A stretch of 64,000 nt of DNA from Phaeosaccion multiseriatum. Lineage: Eukaryota > Protista > Ochrophyta, other classes. Of this stretch, positions 1 to 13,132 are shown piece after piece (position 1 is the first letter of the stretch; every line of letters starts with the position of its first letter). Made by a program: the position numbers and the translations under genes. The notes below the pieces were generated by a model. The model was not told the origin of the DNA. It did not search any database and worked only from the letters and a program-made list of their open reading frames with translations. The DNA lies in the NCBI GenBank assembly GCA_965112735.1, contig OZ218963.1, positions 3,264,160-3,328,159 of the forward strand, given 5' to 3'.

Positions 1-839
1 CGCAATCCAATCCACTGAAAGTATCACCGGTAGACTGAAACCCCTTGCCCATGAGCCCCTCGCACAAAGAGTTGACATGAATTCCTTCACGTATGCACGC
101 CCCTTCCCGCCCCTCGATATCAGCAAGGGCCCGGTCGAGTAGCGATCAACGGAGAGGCCATTCCCATGCACGCAAAACCCGGCGACAAGGTGAGAGCCAA
201 GCAATGTGGCTGACCACCACCGTCGCATGTGGTAGTTAGGGACTCCTCCATTGTTCACACCTCTCTGACACGCCCACTGAGGTCCTGACCTGTACGCTTT
301 CACTTGCCAGTGCAGTCATTCACATGCTTGCTCATAACTCTCTTGTGATGGCACATACTGGTGCTTTGCCTGCGGCTGCCCCACTGACCTACACTTGTCT
401 GCCCACTTGCTTGCCCCGCAGATCCGCTTCCGGCAGTACGCTGGCAAGACTGTTGAGCTAAAGGGTGGGACGGATCCCACAGAGGGGTTTGTGGTCATCA
501 AGAACAACGATATCTTTGGGACTATTTGAGCCGCGGGCAGCCAAAGGAAGGCTTGGGTGGTAACGTCTACTCATTTACTGGATCTTCCTGATCAGTGTTC
601 GGAACAACGTACTGTTACCAAGCGATGGAGGAGAGGGGGCGCGCGTTGGAAAGGAGTGGGAGGGAAAAGATAACCACTTGATGGGAATCTGTGGTATGCC
701 ACCCTGGACAATTTGATGCTGGTCCTCCCTCTTAGCTGAACCGAACCCCCTTTTTTTTTGTCCTGTATCTTAGTACTGTACGCCAAAAAAATGAAAAAAT
801 TAAATTTAACATGCCTTCCTTCTTTGGCTATCATCAACA

Positions 840-2164
840 TCACCTCTTCCTTCTCCCCCTCCCTTTGCTACTCGTGCTGCTGCTGCTGCTTGCTCCATCA
901 TTTTTCGCCGAAATAGAGACATACTTTAAGGCCTCAAGTGCTGTTTGCCCTCCTTGCCGCAGGAGGAAGAAGAAGAGCTCTGTGGTCTCCATGAACTCCG
1001 TTGCCTGTCCAGAGCTCAAGATCTGAGCCCAAACAGACAAGAGGAGGAAGAGGTGCATGCGGGCAACGTAAGTGCGGCGGCAAAGGGAGAAAATGCCCCC
1101 CCCCCAGAGAGGAAGGAAGGCAGCAGGAGTAGCAAGAAGCAGCAGCAGCACCCTCCTCTGTCCTGCGTATGGTTCTGCCCCCCCCCCCTGGAGAGAGTGG
1201 TAGGCCAACGTAGGCCAGCACTCGGCACAAACATCAGGGGGATGGTTATGCGTCGAGACCGCACCAACACACGCCCATTGGCGAAAAGATTGAGCTCCAG
1301 TATCACTTGTTCCCACCTTTTTTGCTGTGGTGCTCTTGGCAACTGCATCAGGGTGCGAAATGAACAGGAAGCTCTGCCCCTCCTGCAGCTTTGTCGAAGG
1401 CAGCAGCCACTTCCCCCCCGCACTCTCCACCACCATCTTCATCTCAGCCTGCAAGCACGGCAGGCACAACCAAGGCAGCAGAGCATCATGTGCTTGTGGT
1501 GAAAGAGGCGGTTTGCTTTTGCTTGGCTCCCACAAAAGGGGAGCAGTTGCACTTCGTTTCAGAAGGAACAGGACCAACAAGACATTCCCACACGGCCAAA
1601 CAAAGTGCACGGCGAGTGCAATATACGCACCTTCGGAGGACACCTCAGCTCGGACTTGCCCATAATACTTGGGTCCACAAGCACCCCCACGCCGGCAAGA
1701 CACCCGGATTGACCGGAGGTCAACAGCTCATCCCGATGCGTCAGCGCCCCTGCCATATCAAAGCCCCATGCGGCTTCGGCCTTTCCGTCTCTCAGGATGA
1801 AATCGCCGCCTTCGAGCGCCTTGCCTGCCTTGGCGCTTTCGTGCAGCCAATTGACATCCACCACGTACTTGCACACGCTCATTCCTGCCAAGAGTTTGGG
1901 CGTTCGCTTAAGCTCTACTCCGTCGCCGCCCGCAATGAGGTGCGTTGCAGTGGTAACGTCGTCCACTTCAGTGGCCCCAATCCTTTTGAGCGCCGCGTGT
2001 TCACGCTTCTGAGGCTTCACTCCCGTAAAACAGACCTGCGAAGGAATGTCGGGGCCCAACATAGTGGAAGGGTCAAAGGGACGAGATAAAGACAAAAGAG
2101 TAGCAAGTAGACGGGAGGAGGAGGAGGACCAGGAGCAGGAGGAGGAGAAGGAGGAGGAGGAGGA

Positions 2165-2198
<34 letters not shown>

Positions 2199-4094
2199 GA
2201 GGAGGAGGAGGAGGAGGAGGGGGAGGAGGAGTCTTTTTCATCGACGGCAACTCAGGACATGGAGAGGAAGCACCGAGACGAGAGATAAAACGTTTGCTCA
2301 AACTCACCTTTACGGTCTCGCCCCCTGCAGTGCCCGAGCTACCTTGCTCGTGCTGCTGACTCTCGCCATTGCCGCGGCCTTGGCTCTGGGTCTGGCTGTG
2401 TCTGTGGTCGATTCTGCTGCTGTGTCTTCTCCGAAGAGAGGATGTCGAGGACGGTGTCGCTGTTGCCTCCGCCGTCGCCTTGTTGTCTTCCTCATGTTGG
2501 TCGTGGTGGTCGTTGCCCGCGGAGGTTGGTGCAGGAGGAGAAGCACGGTCGCCCGAATGGGCGGGCCCTGCACCTCTTCTCCTCTTCGCGGCAGGGGTGG
2601 ACCCAATAGACGCAGCAGGTGTGGCTACCTCTTCTGTTGCCGTTGTAGACGTCGTTGCTCCTGAACCATCTGCATCGGTACCACGCCTCGCTTTGCCCTT
2701 TCGCTGCTGTCTGCCTCCGTTCTTCCCCTTGGACGGGTCTTCAGCCTTTTGCGCCACCACTTTCGCCGCGCCACTGCCCCCGCCTCTCCGCTTACTGCTA
2801 CTCTTCCTTTTCTCCTCACTCTGTCCTTCGTCTTTGCTCTTCTCTGGGCCCGGCTCTTCTCCGTCTTCATCCTTCTCACCATCGTGGTTTCTCTTTGCTG
2901 TACTCCCGCGGCCACATGCTACCGGTGCTGGCACAGGCAAAGCGTCCGCTGTGGCAGATGCGGTGCGCTTCGAATCCCGCCTTCCTCCTCGCTTCGCAGG
3001 CCCCTTTGTGGGCGCCTTCACGGGAGTGTCCTCCCTCCCGTTGTCCTCTCCCTCGTGCTCCTTTACGCCTGCCTCCACATCCATATCCTCGACTGCTTCT
3101 ACCACTGCTGCTGCGGCCCCTGCTGATTCTGCGCCCACGACCTTTGCGTCATCTTCCTGCCTATCAGCGTCGTCTTGGCTTTTGCTCCTTGGCCTCTTTT
3201 GTCCTCTACCTCTGGTCTTCCTTCCTCTCGGAGACTTGTCCCCCGCAGCAGGCGACGAAGGGGGCACCTCTGCGCCGTTGTCTTCTGTATTAGCGTGAGG
3301 TACCGCTTCTGCCTCTTCTGCCTCTCCTGGCGCAGTGACGTCTTCTCCATCTTCCTTGGCGAGGGTACTCTTCGATACATCCTCGCCCTCGGTAGACGCC
3401 CCCCCCTTCTCTTCGTCCTCCTGTGCCTTGGCCTCGTCCTCCGCTTCAGTATTCGTCTCTACCACTACTGCTTCTTCTTTTTCATCTGTCTCTTCCTTTT
3501 CGTTGCCCGTGGTCTTCTCCTCACTACCTTTTTCTTCGCCGCCTCCAATTCGTTCTTCTTCCACCTCCTTCTTCTCTTCTTCATCCGCGGTTTTGTCTTC
3601 ACAATGCTCCTCCGTGCCTTTCGATGCTGCCATTTCCTGCAGCTCCTCGACACGAGCCTTTTCATCCTCCTTGCCCCCGCCACCTCCCTCTTCCGCAGCT
3701 TCATTCTTGTCTTCTTCAGCCCTGTTTGCATCTACAACTTCACTGGCATCTCCTCCCGTGTCTTTCGGTGATGGTGCGATTTCCTGCCCCGCTCCTTCGT
3801 TTTCCTCGCATACAAGTGCCTCTTGCTGCTTTGCACCTTCCTCGTCCACATCTGTGGGGCACTCGCTACCATACTCAATACCCTGCGCTGCAGCAGAAGA
3901 CCCAACACCATTTTCACCAACAGTGGTGACAGCAGCACCAGCAGCGGCGGCAGCAGCCGCAGTTGGTGATACCGGTGCACCTACAGAGACAGTACCATCT
4001 CCCGTAGGGTCCACCGCTCCCTCGTGTCCACTCTCGGGAGGAGCTGAGGATTGCGGCAAATCCATGAGGTCCATTGACATGACGCTAGACGCAC

Positions 4095-4127
<33 letters not shown>

Positions 4128-5781
4128 CATCATCATCATCCTCATCATCATCGCTGTCCTCGTCATTCTTGTCCTGAGGCTGCGTGGGAGGGGTCAAGGA
4201 AGGCGATCCGGACACGACCCTGGGAGCAACAGCCGCACCCCTTCCTAAGGTCGGGTTGGACGGGCTCCCCCCGGCCGCTGCCGTAGAACCAACTGCTGCT
4301 GTTTCACCTCCGCCCTTTCCCGCTGGGCTTCCCGCTGCTTCTCCGTCATTGGTTTCCTCTCCGCTGTCTACATCATCATCTTCCGCTCCGTCCTCAACCT
4401 CAGCCGCCTGAGTAGCACCGAAATCAATGTCAGCTGCATCTTCTCCGTCTCCGTCTGCCCCTCCTCCTCTTCCTCCTCCTCCTCCTCCTCTAGGCTTTCT
4501 CTCCTCTCTGCCGTCAGCGTTCTCATCTCCACCTCCCCCTTCATTTTTTGTCTCCTCTTTGTCTTCGGCGAGAGCGGTGGGATGTTCTCTCGGCGCAGCC
4601 TGCTCCCCAGCACCAAGGTTGGGTCCGGTTGTGCCAAAACTGTGGGAGGCTTGAGGCTTGGCGTCCTGATCCTCATCCTCATTCATGACCCCTTCATCGG
4701 AGTCCGGATCCTGCAAAGTCGCCGCGGTGTCCTCAAATCTGGCCTGGTCAACCTCTTGTTGAGCCAGCAAGTCCTCCCTCTCTCCCCCCTCATCTCCAGC
4801 CCGACGAGCGCTCTGGGCCGCGTGCTCTGTGTCCTCATGGATCCCTCCTGCACCGCCCCCCCCAGCGAGCTCAGCCACCGACGCTGCTTCTCCTCCTCCC
4901 GCCTGAGCTGCTGCTCCCATCTGCTGAACTCCATCTTCTCCCTCTCCCTTCTCCTTCGGCACCTCCATCTCAGCAGCAGCACTGCCCGTCGCCTTCTCCT
5001 TGTCCCCGCCAGCCGCCTCTGTGTCGGCCGGAGCGACGCTTTCCTCATCCTTGGCTGTTTCTGTCGTTTCTTTTGTAACCACTTCTTCCACCGCCCCTTC
5101 TATTCCGGTGAGTTCGACTGGATCCACTGCCTGAGTGTCTTGGTCATAGTTAAAGTCACCGTCCGCGCCACCTTCCTCATCGTCAGGAGGAGGCGCTCCA
5201 ATGCACACGGAAGCCCTCACGTTTCCGAACGCAAGAACGTCCTCGTCCGCCAGAGGAGTCGTCGTGGTTGGGCTGATGTGTTTGTTGTTTCTGCGCGACG
5301 TAGGAGAAGAGGTCGGTAGCGTTTCAGTCTCCCTTATAAAAAAAAGAAGTACTAAGTGATGGCCAAAGACAACCATTCCCTTCGTACCGAATAATTTTAG
5401 TTCCATTTGAGCTTGAAAGGTCTCGAACGGTAATTACGGTGATACCTGCTCCCCCAGGAAGGCTGTAGGCATCGATCTGAGCATGGCTCCCGGAGACGCT
5501 CGGGTCGGAAATGTGGATCGTCGATTCCGGGTTTCTCCCGATGGTTGTCAGGCCTGTGGCAAGGGAGATGGACAGAGTCAGAGTCTGACGATGCCACGCA
5601 AGTTCCTTTTTTTTCTCTTACCCTTCTTCAGAAGGTACTTGCTTTTCCTGCCTTCCTGTTCAATCATCAACACCCCAACCGGCGCTGCTTCTGCTGCGGC
5701 TGTAGATCCTGCTTCATCCTCAGACCCGTCCTCCTCCCAGTCATTCACTTCCAACGCCTGCGTAGCTGCAGAGAAGTCCAT
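840..5781 (-). CDS. FHA + long acidic linker + tandem BRCT protein (MDC1-like DNA-damage mediator), multi-exon
   Basis: ATG at 5781 (MDFSAATQ). Spliced exons give the FHA motifs TTIGRNPESTIHISDPSVSGSHAQI and VRDLSSSNGT. ORF 2017-5406 supplies a ~1000 aa D/E-rich linker. ORF 1559-2095 has BRCT motifs VCFTGV, KRTPKLL and VDVNWLHES; ORF 840-1703 has the second BRCT (MKMVVESAGG) and the stop at 840. Confidence 0.8.
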
Positions 5782-5916
5782 CGTGGGGGTTTTGGGTTTT
5801 TTTGAGTTGTTTTTTGGATTGCGTATCACCAACACGTCTCCGTGCACTTTCCCGTGCCCCTTTCCTGCGTTCCTGCTACGCATCCCATTGCTTTGAAGCA
5901 AGACCAAGTTCGTCCT

Positions 5917-7388
5917 ATGTCGGGAATCAGTCTGGCGAGCGAAAAGGTGGCCCTACTCGTCCTCCTGCTACTGAACCTCGCACAGCTCTGCTTGTCTTTC
6001 GTGTCGCACCGTGGGCGGCCATTCCCATTGATAAATGTAAGAGAGCAGCAGCGGAGAACGTGTTTGGAGAGAGGGAGGGCTTCAAGCAAAACATGGGCAA
6101 AGAGAAAGAAGCTGACGAAGGGGGGGTCACCGTCACCAGACGACGACGAAGGCTACTTGAAGCTGGGCAAGTTGGCGGGCAAGGAGAGTCTCAAGGCGGC
6201 GAAAGTTCTGGTGGAGGGGCTGGTAGAACAAGTAAGTATGGATGGATCACCACCTGCAGGAGGGGGAGGGGGAGGGGAAAGGCGGCGGGGAGGAGGTCTT
6301 GCTGGTAAGAGCACCGTCGCAACTGGGTCAGAGGCAGCGCGAAGGTTGACCGGTGCGGTTCGTCTATGCACATCACTGGAGTAGTATTACAGCTTCACCA
6401 TCTCCTCACCACGGCGCACATGCTGTCCTGTCCGGTACCGGCTTTTAGGTCTCGCCCGACAGCAAGCGGGATATGGGAGCCATCTCAGAGAGCTTTGCGC
6501 AGTTGCGGAGGCTAGCGGATGATTTCCGCCCCGTCACATCAACCTATCTGCAGGCCGACTGGAGGGTTGTGTTCGTAAACGAGGACGACGCATTGTCTGC
6601 GGTGGGAACAGGGCTCCACAAACTTCCCCTGATCAGGATGGAGGAAATGTTCATGACCTTTCGAACGTCCCCCACTGGAGGAAAGGATCAGGTGGAGACT
6701 ACGGAAATCATGCGGGTACTTGGTGAGTCCTTTTTGGTGTGCCTGCTCAGTTTGCATACGGCATGCGAAAAGGGATACTTCCCCCCCATCCTGTTGGTGC
6801 CTTCCCCCGCCATCTCTCACGCCCTCTCGCCCCCCCCGCCACCCTTTGCCACGTAAAGAAACACATTCATGGACTCAAGCCCTTACTGTTTCACACCCCT
6901 ACCCCATCCTACCTCGCCCCTTCCCCTTTCCTCAATACCAGGTCCGTTCCCGAATCTGCGCAACAAGCTCAGCGGAGACTACTCGGTGTCGGCGCCTACC
7001 ACGCTGAAGCTGACGTACGACTCCCTCATAGACGGTACGGGGAAGACAACGTCAGGGGCCAAGAGCACTCGACGCGTCAAGGTAGAGGTACTCTTTGCAG
7101 GTAAGGCAGCACGAGAGGAGAGCGGATGAGCCCGAAGCTTGGATGTATATGTAGCCCCAGGGAATAACTCCATTTAGTTGTCTTCATTATATTCCAATTG
7201 CCGTCCTGCTGGCATCGACATGCAAGACCTTAACTCCCCCTGCTCATCCCGTGTGTGTGACACGTGGCATGCCCCATCCAGGCAAGGATTACCTCGTGCT
7301 TTTAGCGGAAGAGGATAAGCAGCTCTTGCTCAAGAGAGAGATCGATATGGAAGCAGTCATGCAGTCTCTCCGAGTGGCAGAAACTTAA
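5917..7388 (+). CDS. Plastid-targeted PAP/fibrillin-like protein, 4 exons
   Basis: ATG at 5917 is followed by a hydrophobic signal ending CLS|FV and an Arg/Ser-rich transit peptide. GT-AG introns join LQADWRVVF, VETTEIMRVLGPFPNLRNKLSG, LKLTYDSLIDGTG and KDYLVL, ending TAA at 7388. The family call is from the overall fibrillin-like pattern only. Confidence 0.55.
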
Positions 7389-7433
7389 TTCCAAGATCAC
7401 ACCTTCCCTCTCCCTCTCCTCCTCTTCCTCCTC

Positions 7434-7638
7434 TCGACCCTGGACAAGATTACGGTGTGCGCCGGCCATAATCAGTAATCAGGCCAGCTGGTGCCATAAT
7501 CAGGGCGACTGGCGCCGGTCATATTCAGTAATCAGGCCGGCTGGTCACGGGCTGTAATCAGTAGTCAGGCCGGCTGGCGCCATAATCTGTATCAGGCCGG
7601 CTGCGCCGTCCCTCTCAGGTAATCTTGTCCAGGGTCGA
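7434..7638. mobile_element. MITE-like element A: 20-bp perfect TIRs, 6-bp TSD, internal ~30-bp repeats
   Basis: TCGACCCTGGACAAGATTAC (7434-7453) and its exact reverse complement (7619-7638), flanked by CTCCTC on both sides (7428-7433, 7639-7644). Internal units are CATAATC-AGTAATC-AGGCCGGCTGG. Confidence 0.8.
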
Positions 7639-7879
7639 CTCCTCTATTCCCTCCCCCCCCCTTCTCCTTCCTCCTTCACTCGAGGTACAACTTACGCTCA
7701 GTAAACGAATGTTGTTTTACCCATCCATGCCCAATCGCTCGGGGGAATGTAGAATCACCTTAAATTGAAAGTGTGTGTGGTGTGTGTGTGTGAGAGAGAG
7801 AGAGACAGACGACATGGATCAGGAGGGGGACTTCATAGGATCATGGACGGGTGGATGTTCGGCTCCAGGCGAGGTTTCT

Positions 7880-8060
7880 CTGGCCCCCGATAAGCAGAAG
7901 CCAGAGGCGGCCTGCGGCCGAAAGCAAGAAGCCAGGGGCTGGGCCTGTGGCTTCAGAAGCCAGCAGGACAGTAGCGACCCCCCCTCCCCCTTTCCCAGAC
8001 TGAGAAGCCAGAAGCCAGCGCTTGCCTGCGGCCAGAAGCCCGAAGCCAGGAGGGGGCACT
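7880..8060. repeat. Degenerate repeat cluster with CAGAAGC doublets and GC-rich spacers (possible decayed MITE)
   Basis: Repeated (C/G)AGAAGC-CAGAAGC and TGCGGCC spacers. The ends TGGCCCCC...GGGGGCA only loosely resemble TIRs. Confidence 0.4.
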
Positions 8061-8098
8061 ATGAGGAGCCAGAGAAACCTGCTGGTGTGGTGCACCTG

Positions 8099-8195
8099 TC
8101 GGCCCCTGACAAAGTTGACCCCCAGGTTCCAGGTTCTGGCCGGCGCCAGGCCCAGGTTCTGGCCTGGGTCGCCTCAGAACCTTGTCAGGGGCCGA
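8099..8195. mobile_element. MITE-like element B (97 bp), 14-bp perfect TIRs
   Basis: TCGGCCCCTGACAA (8099-8112) and TTGTCAGGGGCCGA (8182-8195). Internal CCAGGTT doublet and GCCGGCGCCAG core. Confidence 0.65.
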
Positions 8196-8581
8196 TGCCT
8201 GGAGCCGAGGATGTTTCATGATGAGGGTGTGTGCATGCAATGCTATTACACCCTTAAGTGCCATCTATGGTTGTCTAAGAGAAATAACTTAGCCCTCGTG
8301 GTCGTATCCCTCCGACTCGTCAGTTCTCCCCATCTGCACAAAGTTGATGCCAGCCAGGATCCTGTGTCGGATCGATCGTTCGTGTCGGGCCCGCTGGAGC
8401 GCGACGGCCAATCGCCGCCGAAAACGCAAACAGTGGCAATGTGCAATGTGGAGCCCTGTGATTTTGGAGCACCAACGCGCCTCCTTGTTTTCCCTCGATT
8501 TCTCGGGCTCCTACGTGGCCATTGTTTTCTCTCCCCTTCCACTCCTTTTCTGTTTGTAGCAGCAGGAAAGAGAGAGGCAAC

Positions 8582-10045
8582 ATGACTACTATAGTGAAAG
8601 ACTCAATCGCGAGCAGGTTCGTTGTTTCTTCTTTTGTTTGGATAAGATTGCAGGGTGCAATTCAAACCTGCTTGCTCATCTCCCTTTCCTTTTCTCCTGG
8701 CCTGTTCCTCTCCCACACAGCGTTGGCACAGCGATGTGCGTGTATACAGGACAGCCTCTCGATACTGTCAAGGTACGCACGTACCGCCACGCCGCGCTAC
8801 CACTTGCCTCTCATCTTTGCCCCGAGAAATTTCCCGGCCCTTTCCAACCTCCCGCGATACCGCAAAACCTCCCCCATTTGCTGCTGCTCCTGCTACTCCT
8901 GTCTGACAGGTTCGGATGCAGGCGCGGCCAAACGACTTCGTCTCACCATGGCAGTGCCTCACCAAGACCGCGAGGGGGGAGGGCACAGCCGCCCTTTGGA
9001 AGGGCTCAACACCTGCGCTCTCGGGAGCCATCTTTGAGAACATCGGCGCCTTTTGTATCAATCGGGAGCTGAAGCGAAGGTATCCCACTATAAACCAACC
9101 AGGAGAATATCAGTCCCTCAGCCAGCCCTTCGCACTCGGGGTAAGTCCGTGTGTGTCTGCGCTCCGTGTCGGGCCGGTGGTTGACGATGCTGGCTCCTCT
9201 TCTCCATCTTTCGTTTGCTCCTTCTACACAGGCCATCACAGGACTGTGCTCGAGCTTTCTGGCCTGCCCGCCCGACGTTATCAAATGCCGCACTCAGGTA
9301 CTGGATGCAGTGGAGACACACTACTGCTTTTGGCTTTCCCTTCACCCTTCTCCCTCTGCCTCCTCCTCCTCCTCCTCCTCCTCCTCCTCCTCCTCCTCCT
9401 CCTCCTCCTTCTCCTTCTCCTTCTCCTTCTCCTTCTCCTCCTCCTCGTCCTCCTCCTTCTCCTCCTCCACACCAAAAGATCACACACGGTAGCCGCTCGA
9501 GTGCGCTGCTCGTCTGTCGAGAGCTCCTAAAGAGCAAGGGGCCTGCTGGCTTGTTCACAGGAATAGGCGCCCAGGCGGTACGCGACACGATCTTTTACAC
9601 CTTCTTCTTCGGCGTCTATGACATAGGCGTGGCGTATATGAAGAGAATCATACCGCCAGAGAAGCAAACGCGCACCACCGACTATTTAACGTACATCATG
9701 GCGGGCGGGACGGCAGGTGAGCAAATAAGAGTCACTCCCTTCTTGAAGTCTCGTTGTGAATGGAGCAAGTGACGAAACGTGTGGTGGCGTTGTGTACCTT
9801 CTGTCTGCTCATCCCCAGGCGTATTCGGATGGTCCACAAGTATGCCCTTTGATGTGGCAAAGTCCATCATCCAGACGGCGGAAACCCCCAAATCGCTGGG
9901 GGCGACGCTCAAGCAAGTATATGGGGCCAAGGGATGGCGCGGACTCTACGTGGGGGTCGAGGCCGCTTGCTATAGAGCCTTCCCTTCCAATGCGGCCCTA
10001 TTCCTCGGATACGAAATCTGCAGACAGCAGCTTGATTTTTTATGA
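8582..10045 (+). CDS. Mitochondrial carrier family (SLC25) protein, ornithine/carnitine-carrier-like
   Basis: Three carrier signature motifs across exons (PLDTVKVRMQ, PPDVIKCRTQ, PFDVAKSIIQ), plus EGTAALWKG, GPAGLFTG and GWRGLYVG..RAFPSNA. ATG at 8582, stop at 10045. Confidence 0.9.
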
Positions 10046-10462
10046 CCATGGCCTCACAGCGCAGCGGAGCAGCGGCTGACGCATGCGTAGGTGGACGGAT
10101 GGAACAGTCGACTCTCTCTCTCGTAAGGTTGTTCTTGGACTGAAAAAGATGCCTCCCGACTTTCCCCCAAGCAAGAACAAACATAGGTTGTTCACGTTAA
10201 CAGCTGGTCTTGCCTTTCTTTCTTTTAATGCTTCAGTTAGGAGAAAATCAAGTCAAGAGGGTGGGCGAGGTAGGCGGTGTCTCCTTGTCCCCTCAGGCAT
10301 AACCACAGACGGTGTGTGGAAAAAATCAAGAGTCTCGAACACACATTTAACCCATCTCTTAACAATCCTTGGAGTACTCCTACCATAACACGGAGCAAAG
10401 CTTGCTATTCGCGCCCTGTTTGTCTCCGCCATCGCGTCCTTTTGTTCGTCCACACCACGAGT

Positions 10463-13057
10463 TTATTCTTTTCGTCTCCTCGCGGAGCCCGCCCGCCTCC
10501 CCCGGCCTTTCCGTACCGGAGCATCTGCAGCAGCAGCAGCAGCAGGAGGAGGAGGAGCAACAGCTTCGTCGTCTCCCTTCCCGCCCACAGCAGGGGGATT
10601 GGGTGCGGCAGCAACGGCGGTGACAGGGGCAGAAGGGGTAGCTGCGGCCGCCTGGTTTGCCTGTAACGCTGCCGCGCCGACCCTCTTCACAAAGCCCTTG
10701 CGGTAGGCCATTGAGTTGACTCCCTCCAGCAGAATTTGGATCAACTCCTCCTCGCCAGCCAGCGGTCTGATGAACACAATTCAATAAAAAAGTAATTGGG
10801 GACGGGAAAGGAAGGAAGGGTGTGGTGATGAGGTAAAAGATAGGAGAGAGAGAGGGTGGGGGGGGCTGACAAGATAGAAGAGAGAGTGCCAAGGGACACG
10901 AGAAGGGTGGGGGAGCTCCTCAGCCCGCTCGTCATCATCCCCCCCTCGACGGAGCATACACCCCTACTCATACAGCGACAAGCGTACCGAGGCAAAGGCT
11001 CTCCACGTCCGTCCTCTCGACTGACGACAAGCTGCGGCGTGGGATCCTTGCTGCCGGTGCCGTTCTCCATGAGTTCCATCTTGAGCTGGCCCGTCGTGAT
11101 GACGGAAAGGTCCGAGTCAAGGGACTCCCACGGCAGGCGCACGACGTGCAAGCCTTCCTTGGCCGTTTGCACCGGCTGCACGCCGATGGGGCGCTCTCCG
11201 GACCTGGCCAGGGTAATGCTGACGCTGCGAAGAGCGTTTGGGCCCCACGTGCTGACGAGCCACTGGGCCATCTCCTTCCCTTTGGGCATGGCCTCGAAGT
11301 CCATTCTCAGCACCTGTGGAGGACACACACAAGAGTCACAACAAGGGAGAGACAAGGAAGAGGCACGTGCGGGGAGGGGGGTTGGTGGGTGAGAATCGAT
11401 AAAGCAGGCACTCCGCGAGTGAAGCGCTAATCACAACTCAGACACAATTTCTTGCATTGAAGTGCCCGAGACAGTTCCTTGCATTGATATGTCCGGGCTT
11501 TCGTTTCTCCCCAACCAATGGGTGCGTGTGCTTATTTCAAATACTCTTCTCTGTCTCGTTCTGTCTCTTCCTCCCGCTTTTCTCAGGGCTGGACTTGGTC
11601 ATCGCGCAACACTACTTACCCTGACCCCGTCCGTGTCATCGAGCCGATTGAGCTCCTGCTTCCACTCCTCCTCTGTCGGAGGGACCTGGTGGAGAAAAGG
11701 AGGGGATGAAGTGAAGTGAGGTGACGCGATGAGAACTGCACTCCTCTTGCCTGCCACCAAGGGAAGAGGGTACGAAGCAAAAGGGGAAGAGTTCGTTCGG
11801 TTCTCTGTTGTACCTTGGACTCGACGCTAACCACGCTGAACTCGACGTTGCGTGTCCTCTCCTCCCCCTCCAGCACTCGGCCCACTACCTCGGCCACCGA
11901 CGACCGTTGGCTCTTGGAGTTCTGCAAGTGGGAAGGAGGAGGAGGAGGAGGAGGAGGATGAGAGAGGTCTGGACTCAGCAGCCGTTCGCCATGCTTCCAG
12001 ACAAACCAAATCCACCCCGCAAAAACTTGACGCCATCATGGGGTAAGCCAAGAAACCACCACGTCGGCAGAATGGAAAGCTTACAACATGTCACGTCCCA
12101 AGCCGCACAGCGCACCTGCATAGCCGTGAGGAGTGTCCCCTGGCCCAGGAGTACGCCCTGCCTGCTCCAACTGTCGTCGAGTTTGGGCTCCGCCTTGGGG
12201 CCCGTAACGAAGGGCAGTGGCCGAGGCTGCCCGGCATCTTCGCCAAAGAGCTCACCGCAGTGCACCACCACTTGAGTCGCACTCTCCACGTCTCTCACTG
12301 CGCTAAGAGAGGGCTCTAGCTTGCCTGAGGGAGGCGACACGAGGCATCAGGTCAGGGGCTGCTGTAAGCTTGTTTGGGCCTAGAGAAGAGATGTGACGAG
12401 GGGGGGGGGCGGGCAGGGTAAAAGGTCACAGCTGCAGGACCCACAAAGACCACAGGAGTAACCGCTAAATTCCTCCAACATTATGCATATGCGCACTCTG
12501 TTGTTCTTCGTCCTCACTTACCCAGCCCGAGGAACCCTGTACTGCCCCTAACGTCATTGCCAGACTCAATGTGCATCAAGTACCGAACGGATGACGGAAG
12601 GTTGGCCACAACGTTGTGGACCAGATCGGCGGGAGGCAGCTCGTCCTCCTCTGTTGGGGAGAAGGGCACAACCATAGGGCGCAGGGAGAGGGGCAGGGTG
12701 TGAGTGCTTGAACCGTAGGCGTTGGTGTAAGAGCTTTGGGATACTCAACAGCCTTGGGTTTAGGTCGATAGGAAGCAAGAAAGCGAGCACGAGTAGTGAG
12801 TGAAGGTGTGTTCGGCCCTGGACATGACTATGACATGCGCCGACCATAATCAGTAATCAGGCCTGGGAAAGGAAAATCAGGCTGGCTGGAGCCGGCCATA
12901 ATAAAAAATCAGGCCGGCTGACGCCGGCCAAAATCAATAACCAGGCCGGCTAGAACCGGCCATAATCAATAATCAGGCCTGGCTCAGCCATAATCAATAA
13001 CCAGGGCGGCTGGCGCCGGCCATAATCAATAATCAGATAATCATGTCCGGGGCCAAG

Positions 13058-13132
<75 letters not shown>

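Noticed and set aside
1-229. Possible gene start on the - strand (MRRWWSATLLGSHLVAGFC...) running off the window
   Set aside because: Short and truncated, with no recognisable motif, so it cannot be supported.
2046-5319. Many overlapping + strand ORFs opposite the MDC1-like gene (likewise opposite eEF2, ORC1 and RSH)
   Set aside because: Antisense shadows of GC-rich coding sequence.
7455-7610. ~30-bp periodic repeats (also 12840-13040) as a CRISPR-like array
   Set aside because: The units are degenerate tandem repeats without unique spacers, enclosed by TIRs, in a eukaryotic context with no cas genes.
7775-8585. ORFs 7775-8221 and 8022-8585
   Set aside because: They overlap repeat/MITE sequence and have no protein-like motifs.
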